Assembly: GCA_044370735.1 (NCBI GenBank) | Contig: JBILUY010000001.1 | Span: 1 to 44,294 of the forward strand | Source: Crocinitomicaceae bacterium | GTDB taxonomy: Bacteria > Bacteroidota > Bacteroidia > Flavobacteriales_D > Crocinitomicaceae | Length of the DNA stretch: 44,294 nt | Reading direction: 5' to 3' | Shown: piece by piece, positions 27,887-35,592 of the stretch | How positions within the stretch are numbered: the stretch's first letter is position 1 | Layout of the letters: each line of letters opens with the position of its first letter | Notes under the pieces: model-generated | What the model saw: only the letters and a program-made list of their open reading frames with translations | What the model was told of the DNA's origin: nothing | The model's database searches: none | Made by a program: the position numbers and the translations under genes

Positions 27887-28942
27887 TTAAAATGAATAGT
27901 TTAAAGATGCGTGCCACGTATTTGAACTTTTGTTTTGAAGTCCATGCAATTGTTGGTAAAGTGGAATACCATATTCGAAAGCTATACGACAACCAGTTAA
28001 GAAGCCAAAGTCTAATTCATAAGAAGAACCAATGAAAGCAGATATCTTTGTCCCTCCATAATTAGCAGGATTGGCTCCTAACTCGTTGAAAATGTATAGT
28101 TGTGCGTCGTTACCGTGAATTTGTTCTGATATAGAACTCTCAACACGAAAAGTTGATCCAACTTGTTCTAACCAATTGTAACCAACCCAAGCCGTTGAGT
28201 TCCATTCATTTCCTAAACGATATCCTAATTTATTGTCATTCAATCGAATAATAGCACTTGTTTGTACACTTGTAGCCCATTTCGATTTTTGAAATACATA
28301 GGTAATGTTTGGAAGGTATTCCCAAGAGCCTGATCCCAATTGCATCATATAGGGATAACGTTTTCCTTCATACAACATATCCGAATTACTTCCTGTAGAT
28401 TGGTAATTACCAGAAGGAATATTAATTCCATTGGATAGTACTAATTGTTGTTGTTCCGTTTTTACCAAACCAAACATACCAACCAATTTTGTATCTCCCA
28501 AACCAGCAGTTTGCATTTCCATCGGAGTAGTTGCGTCCATTGTCATGCCTGACATGGTATGTGTATGGTTACCCAACATTTCCATTGGCATAGTATTTTG
28601 CATATAATGGAACATTCCCATTACTGTCCAACGGTCTGATAAACCAACCATAGCCATCAGCATATGCATATTCATTTGCATCGAAGGGGTGTACATCAAA
28701 TATTGATTGTAAATATCTGTTTTTGATACCGTTGTTCCATTTTGAATAGGTGTTCCCATATTCATTTGAGAAAAACGATAACTCAACATCCACTCCTTTT
28801 TTGGATGCACATGACTAATCATCACCCCAGCTGGAGTAAGATTTCGTATGCAATGACAAGTGTGATCGCATGTTGTTGTATCTTCTTGTGCACAAAGAGA
28901 AATACTTGAACACAGGAAGAAAATCCACGTTAAAAATTTCAT
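27887..28942 (-). CDS. Met/His-rich outer-membrane beta-barrel (transporter-like), candidate Cu(I)-binding porin
   Basis: 351 aa. Signal peptide, then CDHTCHC (28850..28870). By my count 18 Met fall in the 62 residues MYTPSMQMNMHMLMAMVG...TPMEMQ (28511..28696). The C-terminus SLNYSF is typical of OM barrels. The next gene starts 4 nt after the stop. Confidence 0.6.
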   Translation of the reverse strand: MKFLTWIFFLCSSISLCAQEDTTTCDHTCHCIRNLTPAGVMISHVHPKKEWMLSYRFSQMNMGTPIQNGTTVSKTDIYNQYLMYTPSMQMNMHMLMAMVGLSDRWTVMGMFHYMQNTMPMEMLGNHTHTMSGMTMDATTPMEMQTAGLGDTKLVGMFGLVKTEQQQLVLSNGINIPSGNYQSTGSNSDMLYEGKRYPYMMQLGSGSWEYLPNITYVFQKSKWATSVQTSAIIRLNDNKLGYRLGNEWNSTAWVGYNWLEQVGSTFRVESSISEQIHGNDAQLYIFNELGANPANYGGTKISAFIGSSYELDFGFLTGCRIAFEYGIPLYQQLHGLQNKSSNTWHASLNYSF

Positions 28943-28984
28943 CGTATCGATGATTCAAATTCGAAAATAGATAAGAATATTAAG

Positions 28985-29008
28985 TACATTCTAAAACACA
29001 AGAATGTA
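28985..29008. promoter_or_regulatory. perfect 8-bp inverted repeat (TACATTCT-N8-AGAATGTA), candidate operator
   Basis: Located in the 128-nt gap upstream of the Met-rich barrel gene, about 45-65 nt from its ATG at 28942. Confidence 0.3.
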
Positions 29009-29070
29009 ATAGATACATAGCTATTCAGTCAATTACTATTTGTAAAAGCTGAATAATATGTATAGGGAAA

Positions 29071-29472
29071 TTATGCTGTTGGGGGATGAAAAATAGCGTC
29101 TGTGTGTTTGTCAGACCAAACTATAGCATAATAAAAATCTTTTTTAGAAGAAGGTTGATTAGCTAAATCTACTTTGAAAGTTTCGAAAAACGACTGTTGA
29201 TCTAAAGTAAATTCACTTGTTTCAATTTTTGACTTACCAAAATCAATTTTATTTGATTGTTCTTCTTTGGCTTGTTCCTTCGCTAATTGTTTTGCTAAAT
29301 AACATTTACCATTACAATGTAGCATCGGTTTGGCTTTGTTTTCACAATATTTTCGTGTGATTTCCGCCTTATTGATTTGATAATTAATGAATAAACCTGT
29401 CTTAATCAGTGTGTTAGAAACAAACAGACTGATCATACAAAAAGCAAAAATCTTGTATGCTAGGTTTTTCAT
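29071..29472 (-). CDS. membrane-anchored protein with C-x9-C-x3-C motif, function unknown
   Basis: About 133 aa from ATG 29472; the track start at 29490 lies inside the upstream terminator stem. N-terminal TM segment (AYKIFAFCMISLFVSNTLI), then YCENKAKPMLHCNGKCYLAKQLAKEQ. Confidence 0.5.
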   Translation of the reverse strand: MKNLAYKIFAFCMISLFVSNTLIKTGLFINYQINKAEITRKYCENKAKPMLHCNGKCYLAKQLAKEQAKEEQSNKIDFGKSKIETSEFTLDQQSFFETFKVDLANQPSSKKDFYYAIVWSDKHTDAIFHPPTA

Positions 29473-29488
29473 GAGACAAATGTAAAAC

Positions 29489-29526
29489 AAAAAACGAACC
29501 TAAAAAGTGATTTAGGTTCGTTTTTT
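29489..29526 (-). terminator. strong 16-bp stem-loop terminator
   Basis: AAAAAACGAACCTAAA (29489..29504), loop AAGTGA, TTTAGGTTCGTTTTTT (29511..29526). A/T runs on both sides allow action in either direction. Follows the stop of the 29556..30167 gene. Confidence 0.75.
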
Positions 29527-29555
29527 CAAGAAGTTTAAAATTTAGTGTTTAGAAA

Positions 29556-30167
29556 TTACTGAATATCATACACTTTCACCCATCCTTTATTTTCGTGGTA
29601 AAGCATACAAATTACTTCATCCTTTTTTTCTGTACATTCTGTTAATGTGTAAAAGCTTCCCACAATCCAATCACCATCATTGTATTTGGCTAACAAGTCT
29701 TTATTACATACTTGATAATCTGCGTTTTCATATTGAACGTATGTTCCTGAACAATCTTTTACGACTTTCAATTTTTGATCAGTAATTTTTATCTCTTTCG
29801 TTGGACGGTATAGTAATTCACTTTTACGAACCTTGATATACGATGCATAAGCGTGAGCCATTTTACACGTATATTGATCAGGAGAAATAGTTGAACACTC
29901 ACTTAATTTAGTGATGGATGCATAGATTACATCTCCTGCTTCGTAGTTTGCTGTGCTTTCGAAATTACATACTTTGTAGTCATTCCCATCAATTTTCAAG
30001 TATGAACCAGTACAATCTTTAACGAACTCAGCCTTTACTTCTGTGTAAACAGTATCTGTATCCGAAGGTGTTGTTCCACCATCTCCTGGTTTGTCAAATT
30101 GAAACTTTTCACAAGATACAACTGCAAATGAAGCAATTGTCAACAATGTAAATATCCACTTTTTCAT
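29556..30167 (-). CDS. lipoprotein made of two tandem 4-Cys domains, function unknown
   Basis: 203 aa with lipobox VVSCEK. Residues about 46-113 and 133-199 align as VKDC[TS]G[ST]Y...DY[KQ]VCN...Y..GD.I...L.EC...C...KV. Confidence 0.6.
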   Translation of the reverse strand: MKKWIFTLLTIASFAVVSCEKFQFDKPGDGGTTPSDTDTVYTEVKAEFVKDCTGSYLKIDGNDYKVCNFESTANYEAGDVIYASITKLSECSTISPDQYTCKMAHAYASYIKVRKSELLYRPTKEIKITDQKLKVVKDCSGTYVQYENADYQVCNKDLLAKYNDGDWIVGSFYTLTECTEKKDEVICMLYHENKGWVKVYDIQ

Positions 30168-30228
30168 AACTTAACTTTTTGTTTCTTAAAATTATATTCT
30201 ATACACTTAATAAACAAGGATAGTTGCC

Positions 30229-30236
30229 TATTTTTG
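30229..30236 (+). promoter_or_regulatory. candidate -7 box (TATTTTTG)
   Basis: Matches TAnnTTTG 24 nt upstream of the ATG at 30261. Confidence 0.3.
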
Positions 30237-30260
30237 TTTTACATTTTCAATTTAAAATCA

Positions 30261-31130
30261 ATGAAAGTTAGCGGTTTCACCTTTATACGAAATGCCATCA
30301 AATACGATTACCCCATTGTAGAAGCTATACAATCCATTTTACCCCTATGTGATGAGGTTGTTGTAGCTGTAGGAAATTCGGAGGACGAAACACTTTCATT
30401 AATTCAAAATATTGATCCAAAGGTTCGGATTATTGAAACGATTTGGGATGATTCTGTAAGAGAGGGGGGCAGAACGTTGGCATTGGAAACGGATAAGGCT
30501 TTTGCTGCAATTTCTCCAGATGCTGAATGGGCTTTTTATATACAAGGTGATGAGGTACTTCATGAAAAATTTGTACCTGAAATCAAAGACGCCATGTTGA
30601 AATACAAAGATGATCTACGAGTGGAAGGTTTGTTATTTAATTATCTCCATTTTTATGGATCTTATGATTATGTTGGTACTTCAATTAGTTGGTATCCCGA
30701 TGAAATTCGTATCATCAGAAATCGAAAAGATATTTTTTCATACAGAGATGCTCAGGGATTTAGAAAACAATCAAATGAAAAGTTGAATGTAAAACGAATC
30801 AACGCTTGGATGTATCATTATGGTTGGGTAAAACCTCCTGAAAAAATGCAGTTGAAACAAGAATCGTTTCATAAAATGTGGCACGATGATGCTTGGTTGG
30901 AAGAAAATGTTAAAAAAGTAGCAGCATTTAATTACACAGAAAATATTGATTCACTTGCGGTATTTAAAGAAACACATCCAGCAGTCATGCAACATCGTAT
31001 TGATGCTAAAAACTGGAAATTTGATTATGACATTTCTTTTAATAAGGAAAAGACAAAAGATAAATTCAAACGATTTTTAAGAAAGTATCTTGGTATAGAT
31101 ATTAGGTATAAAAATTTTAAACAGATATAA
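30261..31130 (+). CDS. glycosyltransferase family 2-like protein
   Basis: About 289 aa from ATG 30261. The N-terminus MKVSGFTFIRNAIKYDYPIVEAIQSILPLCDEVVVAVGNSEDET and the YIQGDEVLHE acidic motif resemble a conserved Bacteroidota GT2-like family. Recognised from memory. Confidence 0.5.
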   Translation: MKVSGFTFIRNAIKYDYPIVEAIQSILPLCDEVVVAVGNSEDETLSLIQNIDPKVRIIETIWDDSVREGGRTLALETDKAFAAISPDAEWAFYIQGDEVLHEKFVPEIKDAMLKYKDDLRVEGLLFNYLHFYGSYDYVGTSISWYPDEIRIIRNRKDIFSYRDAQGFRKQSNEKLNVKRINAWMYHYGWVKPPEKMQLKQESFHKMWHDDAWLEENVKKVAAFNYTENIDSLAVFKETHPAVMQHRIDAKNWKFDYDISFNKEKTKDKFKRFLRKYLGIDIRYKNFKQI

Positions 31131-31131
31131 C

Positions 31132-31168
31132 AAAAAGAAGGGCTAATCATTGACTAGCCCTTCTTTTT
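31132..31168. terminator. bidirectional terminator between convergent genes
   Basis: AAAAAGAAGGGCTA (31132..31145), 9-nt loop, TAGCCCTTCTTTTT (31155..31168). Confidence 0.75.
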
Positions 31169-31173
31169 TATTT

Positions 31174-34100
31174 TTAATTTATTACAATCTGTTTTCTTTC
31201 GACACGATCACCTTCTAAGTGAACTTCTAAAATATAAACTCCTGCTCTTAAATTTTCTACATTGATTGTTGAAGAATTTTCTGTTCCTGTAAAACTTTCA
31301 GAATGAACTAAAACTCCATTTGAAGAAATTAATTTAATATCTTTTTTAACAGATGGATTTGCACCAACAATGTCAATATTGATTACATTATCCACAGGAT
31401 TTGGATAAACATTTAAATAGATTTCCTCTTTTACTTCGGCAGCATTTTCAGTTGAAATTTCGATAGTTTCTGTAGGGGTTATTTTTCTGTATATAGATGC
31501 ATTTCCTTTATTATCAACGATAAATTCATATCCTTGATATTTTTTACTATCACTTCCACAATATGCATAAATATCATAAATTCCAGGAGTTAATCCTGTT
31601 AGATTGATAGACTTACTTTCACCCATCTTATTGTAAAGAGAGATGAATGTTTGATTATTTACAGTAACAAAATTCCCATTTTTATCTTTCTTACGTATTC
31701 TATATTTATTATTCGTAGAACCATAAGAAACATTAAACTTAATTGATGAATCTACAACATCTATCGTAAGACGGATTCCAGTACAGTTTTCACGAACATC
31801 AGAGTAAAAATTATCTTTTACTTCTTGTTCTGAAATTGCCTTAGCAGAAAGTTTCAATTCGTCAAATAATAGTCTAATGATTTTATTTTTTCCATCATTA
31901 CCAACAATCAAATCAGTGTTATTATTAGATAAAACTGATGATTTAAATTTTGCTACTAATTGATCATTTACATAAACTTTATCAGAATCTTGATTATGAG
32001 TTAATACCAATTGATTCCATGTTCCAGCTTCAACTTTAAAACTAGTAGTATTCAAAACAGAGTTTTCACCAGCTCCAAATTGTACTTTTAGATTACCATT
32101 TTTATCCGCTAATATTTCAAACCTTTTTGAAGAAGTTGCGCTAGGAATGGACATGATAGTAGCATTATTATACTTTGGCATTTCTAATAGTTTATACCAA
32201 AATGAGATTGTATAAGCGGACAGTGTATCAATATCAACAAAGTTTTTGAAAGTTACATTATCCGTTGCATTGTAAATTCTATAAGCACCTGTTAAGTTGC
32301 CATAATTATCATCAACCTTAATTGCGCCAACTACTTGTGGTGCAGTAGCTCTCTTTAATGAATCATTATTGTTTTTATCGAACGAGTAGTATGATATTAC
32401 ATCTTTTAAAATCGATTTGCAATTTTCTTTGTAAATGCTGAATGAACTAGATTTAAAGTAGCTTACATCCTGAGAACAATATACATATAGTTCATATTCT
32501 CCTTCGGGAAGTTCATCAATAGTTACACGTTTTGTTTCTTTAGCTACGTTACCAATCGATACAAAAACAGGATTTGATATTACAGTAAATGTATTGTCTG
32601 GATTAATTCTTCTCAAACGATAGGTGAAATTAGGAGCTCCTCCAGAAATCGTAAAGGTAACACTACCATAAAGGTTGTCACAAGTGACCGGAGTTATATC
32701 ACTATTTTCGATAGTTAAACTCATATCTTTACATGTATAATTTTCAGATGAAGTATTTCCGTCACCACCTGAAGTTACAGTGTCACATAAAGATAAAATT
32801 GAAAAGTTATACACTTTTGATACTTTTGCATCTTGACCACAAAAAGCAAATAAGTCGTAATTTCCTTTCGCTAAGTTTGAAACAGTAATTGTTTTAGATT
32901 CACCTACGCCATTATTTAATGGTGCAAAAGCTGGACTAGTTAATATGGTAAATGTTCCATCATCGTTTTTCTTTCTTAAACGATATTTATTATTGTCAGA
33001 TCCATTTGCAATGGTAAATGTTATTTGACCATCATTTGTTGAAGTGCAAGTTGCTTTTTTAATGTCCTCAGATAAGACAGAAATTGAAATAGGTGTACAT
33101 GGGCCAGATAATACTGAATTTACTGTTACTCTTACTGTATCTTGTCCATAGCAACCATTTTTTAATCCTGACATGGTGTATGTAGTTGTTTTAGTAGGAT
33201 TTGCAGTAATAGAAGCTCCTGTAGAACTGCTTATAGTTGCAATCGGTGTCCAGCTATAACTATCGCCACCAGTACCGGTTAATGTTGTAGTTTCACCAGA
33301 ATTAATTGTATATTTTGATGCAGTTGCTGTTACTATAGGTAATTCTTTGATAGTTAGTGTGGTTTTATAATCATCAGATGAGCAGTTTCCATCATTACCA
33401 CTTACGATAAAACCATAACTTCCTATTGCTACGTTTTTAGGTAAATTGAATTTCCCAACTTGGTTATAAGAAACGTTTGTCAATGTTGGATACCCTTGTA
33501 TAGGATTATCTCCTAATGATACGTTAAAATATTTAGCAGCGACCTTACCAGTTAAAGTTAGTTCAGCTGCAGTATCGTTATAGCATGCTACTTTTAAAGA
33601 AGCTGTATAACTTGGTTTGTAGTAAAATTTAATGGTATTACTAGAATCTAATACTACATTAGTAAATCGTGCATCAGATACTGAAATAAGTTTTAATGTG
33701 TTAATTGTAGAATCTACTGTAATGGTATATACTTCTTTTGTAATATTCGTTATCGTTTTCTCTACTCCATTATTTGCGGTATATACAATTTTAAACGGTG
33801 CAACACCTTTCATGTAAATAAGTGCATTTTTTGTTTTTGGAGTAACACACTTTGTTGTTCCTTCAAAAAATGCTAATGGTTTTCTATCTACTATTAGTTG
33901 TGCTGATTTAGATGTAACATTTTCATATTTACCATATAATAGTACTCTAAAGTAATTCTTCTTGTAGTACAATCTGTTAGCAATGACCAATGTATCTTTG
34001 GTAACTTTGGTGAAATTACCCCCTTGTTTGATATCATTCCAAGTTAAGCCACCGTTGAAAGAATATTGCCATAAAAATGAAGTTGCAAATTGAGATGCCA

Positions 34101-35514
34101 CTGTAAATGTTGCTTCTCCATTTTCTAAATACACTTGTGAAACAGGTTGTTGGGTAATTTGTAGTTTGTTTTGTTTAGTATACACAGTTGTAGTAACCTT
34201 ATTTGTACATACATCATCATTTGTTGATAATGTAATTACAAAATAATAGGTTCCTGGAGTTGTTCCATCGTTTGGTATTGAAAATTTAACTTGATTATCT
34301 GTTATATTTTGATTCTCTAAGGTTGAAAAACCTGGAAAAATTCTCGTACCAGTTTGTACTTCAAATGATGTATAATTTGATCCATTTAAGGTAAATGTTA
34401 CATTCTTATCCTCATCCATTAAAGTATTGGTGTTACTTACAAGTGCATCTTTTTTATAGGCTAAAAATGAAGTTTGTCCTGTTAATAGATTGTTTGTGTA
34501 CTTATAATCAGAAACTTCAATAATATTAAAAGTTGTTTTAGCTCCTAACCCAGTAACTGGAAGGGAATAAGATGTAGAAGTAATATTTGAAACAACAATG
34601 TTTGAACCGTTATTTATTGCGTAAGTAAGTTTGAAAGGAGCCTTTCCTGTAAATTTGATTGGAATAGATTTTAAGTTAGTCGCATCACAATTTGAAATTG
34701 TAGTAAAAACAGCTGTTGGTAATTGTTCAATGGTAAGTTTAGCTGATGATGATGTAACTGAACCATAGATGTTTGAAACTATAGCTCTGAAATAATAACC
34801 GTTATAATTTACTCTGTTATTTACATCGAGAGTTGCACCATTTTGAGTAAAATCTACACCAGAAATATCTGACCAAGTTGTACCGTTTGCAGAAAGTTGC
34901 CATTTATATATTGTTGCATTCGAGGCAACTACAGAAAATGAAGTTGATCCATTTGCTAATACCGTAACCGCAGTTGGATGCGTAGTTATTTTAGGAAAAC
35001 CAGCCGTGATTGTCGGTATTGAAGCTGCTTGAAGATTAGCTAAATTAAAAGAATACAAATGAGTTATAACCTTGTTAAATGGATTTGTAAACTCGAAAGT
35101 TACAGTACCAACTGAGGCTAACTTCGTGCCATACGAACAATATACAACAGATGTATCCCCAGTATTTAAAGGAGCAGGAGGTCCAAAAATAGCTGAACTC
35201 AACGAGGTTTTCCCTGATAAATCTGTATACCAAACTTTCGTAATAACAGGAGCACTTGTTATATCCAAATCATGCCAAGAAAATGTAAACGTTCCGTTCT
35301 TAGTAGTTGGGTTTACTGTCAATTTCTGATACTGTGTATTTTCTACATTCGAAGCAACAGGATTATTTTGCGTGTAGTTAGGTCTAAAATCACCAGGAGC
35401 AATTGCCCAATTGGTGTTTCCATCCACTCGCTTATCAAGATTTATAGTTCCAGACTGTCCATATGTAAGAAAAGACAATGTAATTATAAGTATTGACAAG
35501 TATGATTTTACCAT
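31174..35514 (-). CDS. giant T9SS-secreted adhesin-like protein (Ig-like modules, LamG domain, T9SS sorting domain)
   Basis: 1446 aa with a signal peptide. Contains a duplicated ~275-aa module, three NNKYR[LI]RKK modules, and a LamG/concanavalin-like domain (about 31830..32410; AYTISFWYKLLE...FDELKLSAKAISEQEV). C-terminal YLNVYPNPVDNVINIDI...GVYILEVHL...KQIVIN. Confidence 0.8.
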   Translation of the reverse strand: MVKSYLSILIITLSFLTYGQSGTINLDKRVDGNTNWAIAPGDFRPNYTQNNPVASNVENTQYQKLTVNPTTKNGTFTFSWHDLDITSAPVITKVWYTDLSGKTSLSSAIFGPPAPLNTGDTSVVYCSYGTKLASVGTVTFEFTNPFNKVITHLYSFNLANLQAASIPTITAGFPKITTHPTAVTVLANGSTSFSVVASNATIYKWQLSANGTTWSDISGVDFTQNGATLDVNNRVNYNGYYFRAIVSNIYGSVTSSSAKLTIEQLPTAVFTTISNCDATNLKSIPIKFTGKAPFKLTYAINNGSNIVVSNITSTSYSLPVTGLGAKTTFNIIEVSDYKYTNNLLTGQTSFLAYKKDALVSNTNTLMDEDKNVTFTLNGSNYTSFEVQTGTRIFPGFSTLENQNITDNQVKFSIPNDGTTPGTYYFVITLSTNDDVCTNKVTTTVYTKQNKLQITQQPVSQVYLENGEATFTVASQFATSFLWQYSFNGGLTWNDIKQGGNFTKVTKDTLVIANRLYYKKNYFRVLLYGKYENVTSKSAQLIVDRKPLAFFEGTTKCVTPKTKNALIYMKGVAPFKIVYTANNGVEKTITNITKEVYTITVDSTINTLKLISVSDARFTNVVLDSSNTIKFYYKPSYTASLKVACYNDTAAELTLTGKVAAKYFNVSLGDNPIQGYPTLTNVSYNQVGKFNLPKNVAIGSYGFIVSGNDGNCSSDDYKTTLTIKELPIVTATASKYTINSGETTTLTGTGGDSYSWTPIATISSSTGASITANPTKTTTYTMSGLKNGCYGQDTVRVTVNSVLSGPCTPISISVLSEDIKKATCTSTNDGQITFTIANGSDNNKYRLRKKNDDGTFTILTSPAFAPLNNGVGESKTITVSNLAKGNYDLFAFCGQDAKVSKVYNFSILSLCDTVTSGGDGNTSSENYTCKDMSLTIENSDITPVTCDNLYGSVTFTISGGAPNFTYRLRRINPDNTFTVISNPVFVSIGNVAKETKRVTIDELPEGEYELYVYCSQDVSYFKSSSFSIYKENCKSILKDVISYYSFDKNNNDSLKRATAPQVVGAIKVDDNYGNLTGAYRIYNATDNVTFKNFVDIDTLSAYTISFWYKLLEMPKYNNATIMSIPSATSSKRFEILADKNGNLKVQFGAGENSVLNTTSFKVEAGTWNQLVLTHNQDSDKVYVNDQLVAKFKSSVLSNNNTDLIVGNDGKNKIIRLLFDELKLSAKAISEQEVKDNFYSDVRENCTGIRLTIDVVDSSIKFNVSYGSTNNKYRIRKKDKNGNFVTVNNQTFISLYNKMGESKSINLTGLTPGIYDIYAYCGSDSKKYQGYEFIVDNKGNASIYRKITPTETIEISTENAAEVKEEIYLNVYPNPVDNVINIDIVGANPSVKKDIKLISSNGVLVHSESFTGTENSSTINVENLRAGVYILEVHLEGDRVERKQIVIN
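33345..34995 (-). repeat. in-frame tandem duplication of a ~275-aa multi-domain module (approximate borders)
   Basis: Module A runs ITTHPTAVTVLANGSTSF...AKLTIEQLPTAVFTT...KFTGKAPFKLTYAINNG.... Module B runs ITQQPVSQVYLENGEATF...AQLIVDRKPLAFFEG...YMKGVAPFKIVYTANNG.... Divergent at the DNA level. Confidence 0.6.
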
Positions 35515-35592
35515 AAAAAATAAGTTTTAATCCCTAAAAATAAAAAAATTATTAATTATTTTGTTAAATAGTTGATTTAAAAACCAAAAATA

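Noticed and set aside
28980-29018. A 12-codon minus-strand sORF (MYLLHSCVLECT) overlapping the palindrome upstream of the Met-rich barrel. I briefly considered it as a methanobactin-like or leader peptide because of its two Cys.
   Set aside because: It is far too short to hold a leader plus core. I recognised no RiPP maturation genes (MbnB/MbnC-like) in the window. An ORF of this length is expected by chance in AT-rich DNA. It would only be worth revisiting if conserved in orthologous loci.
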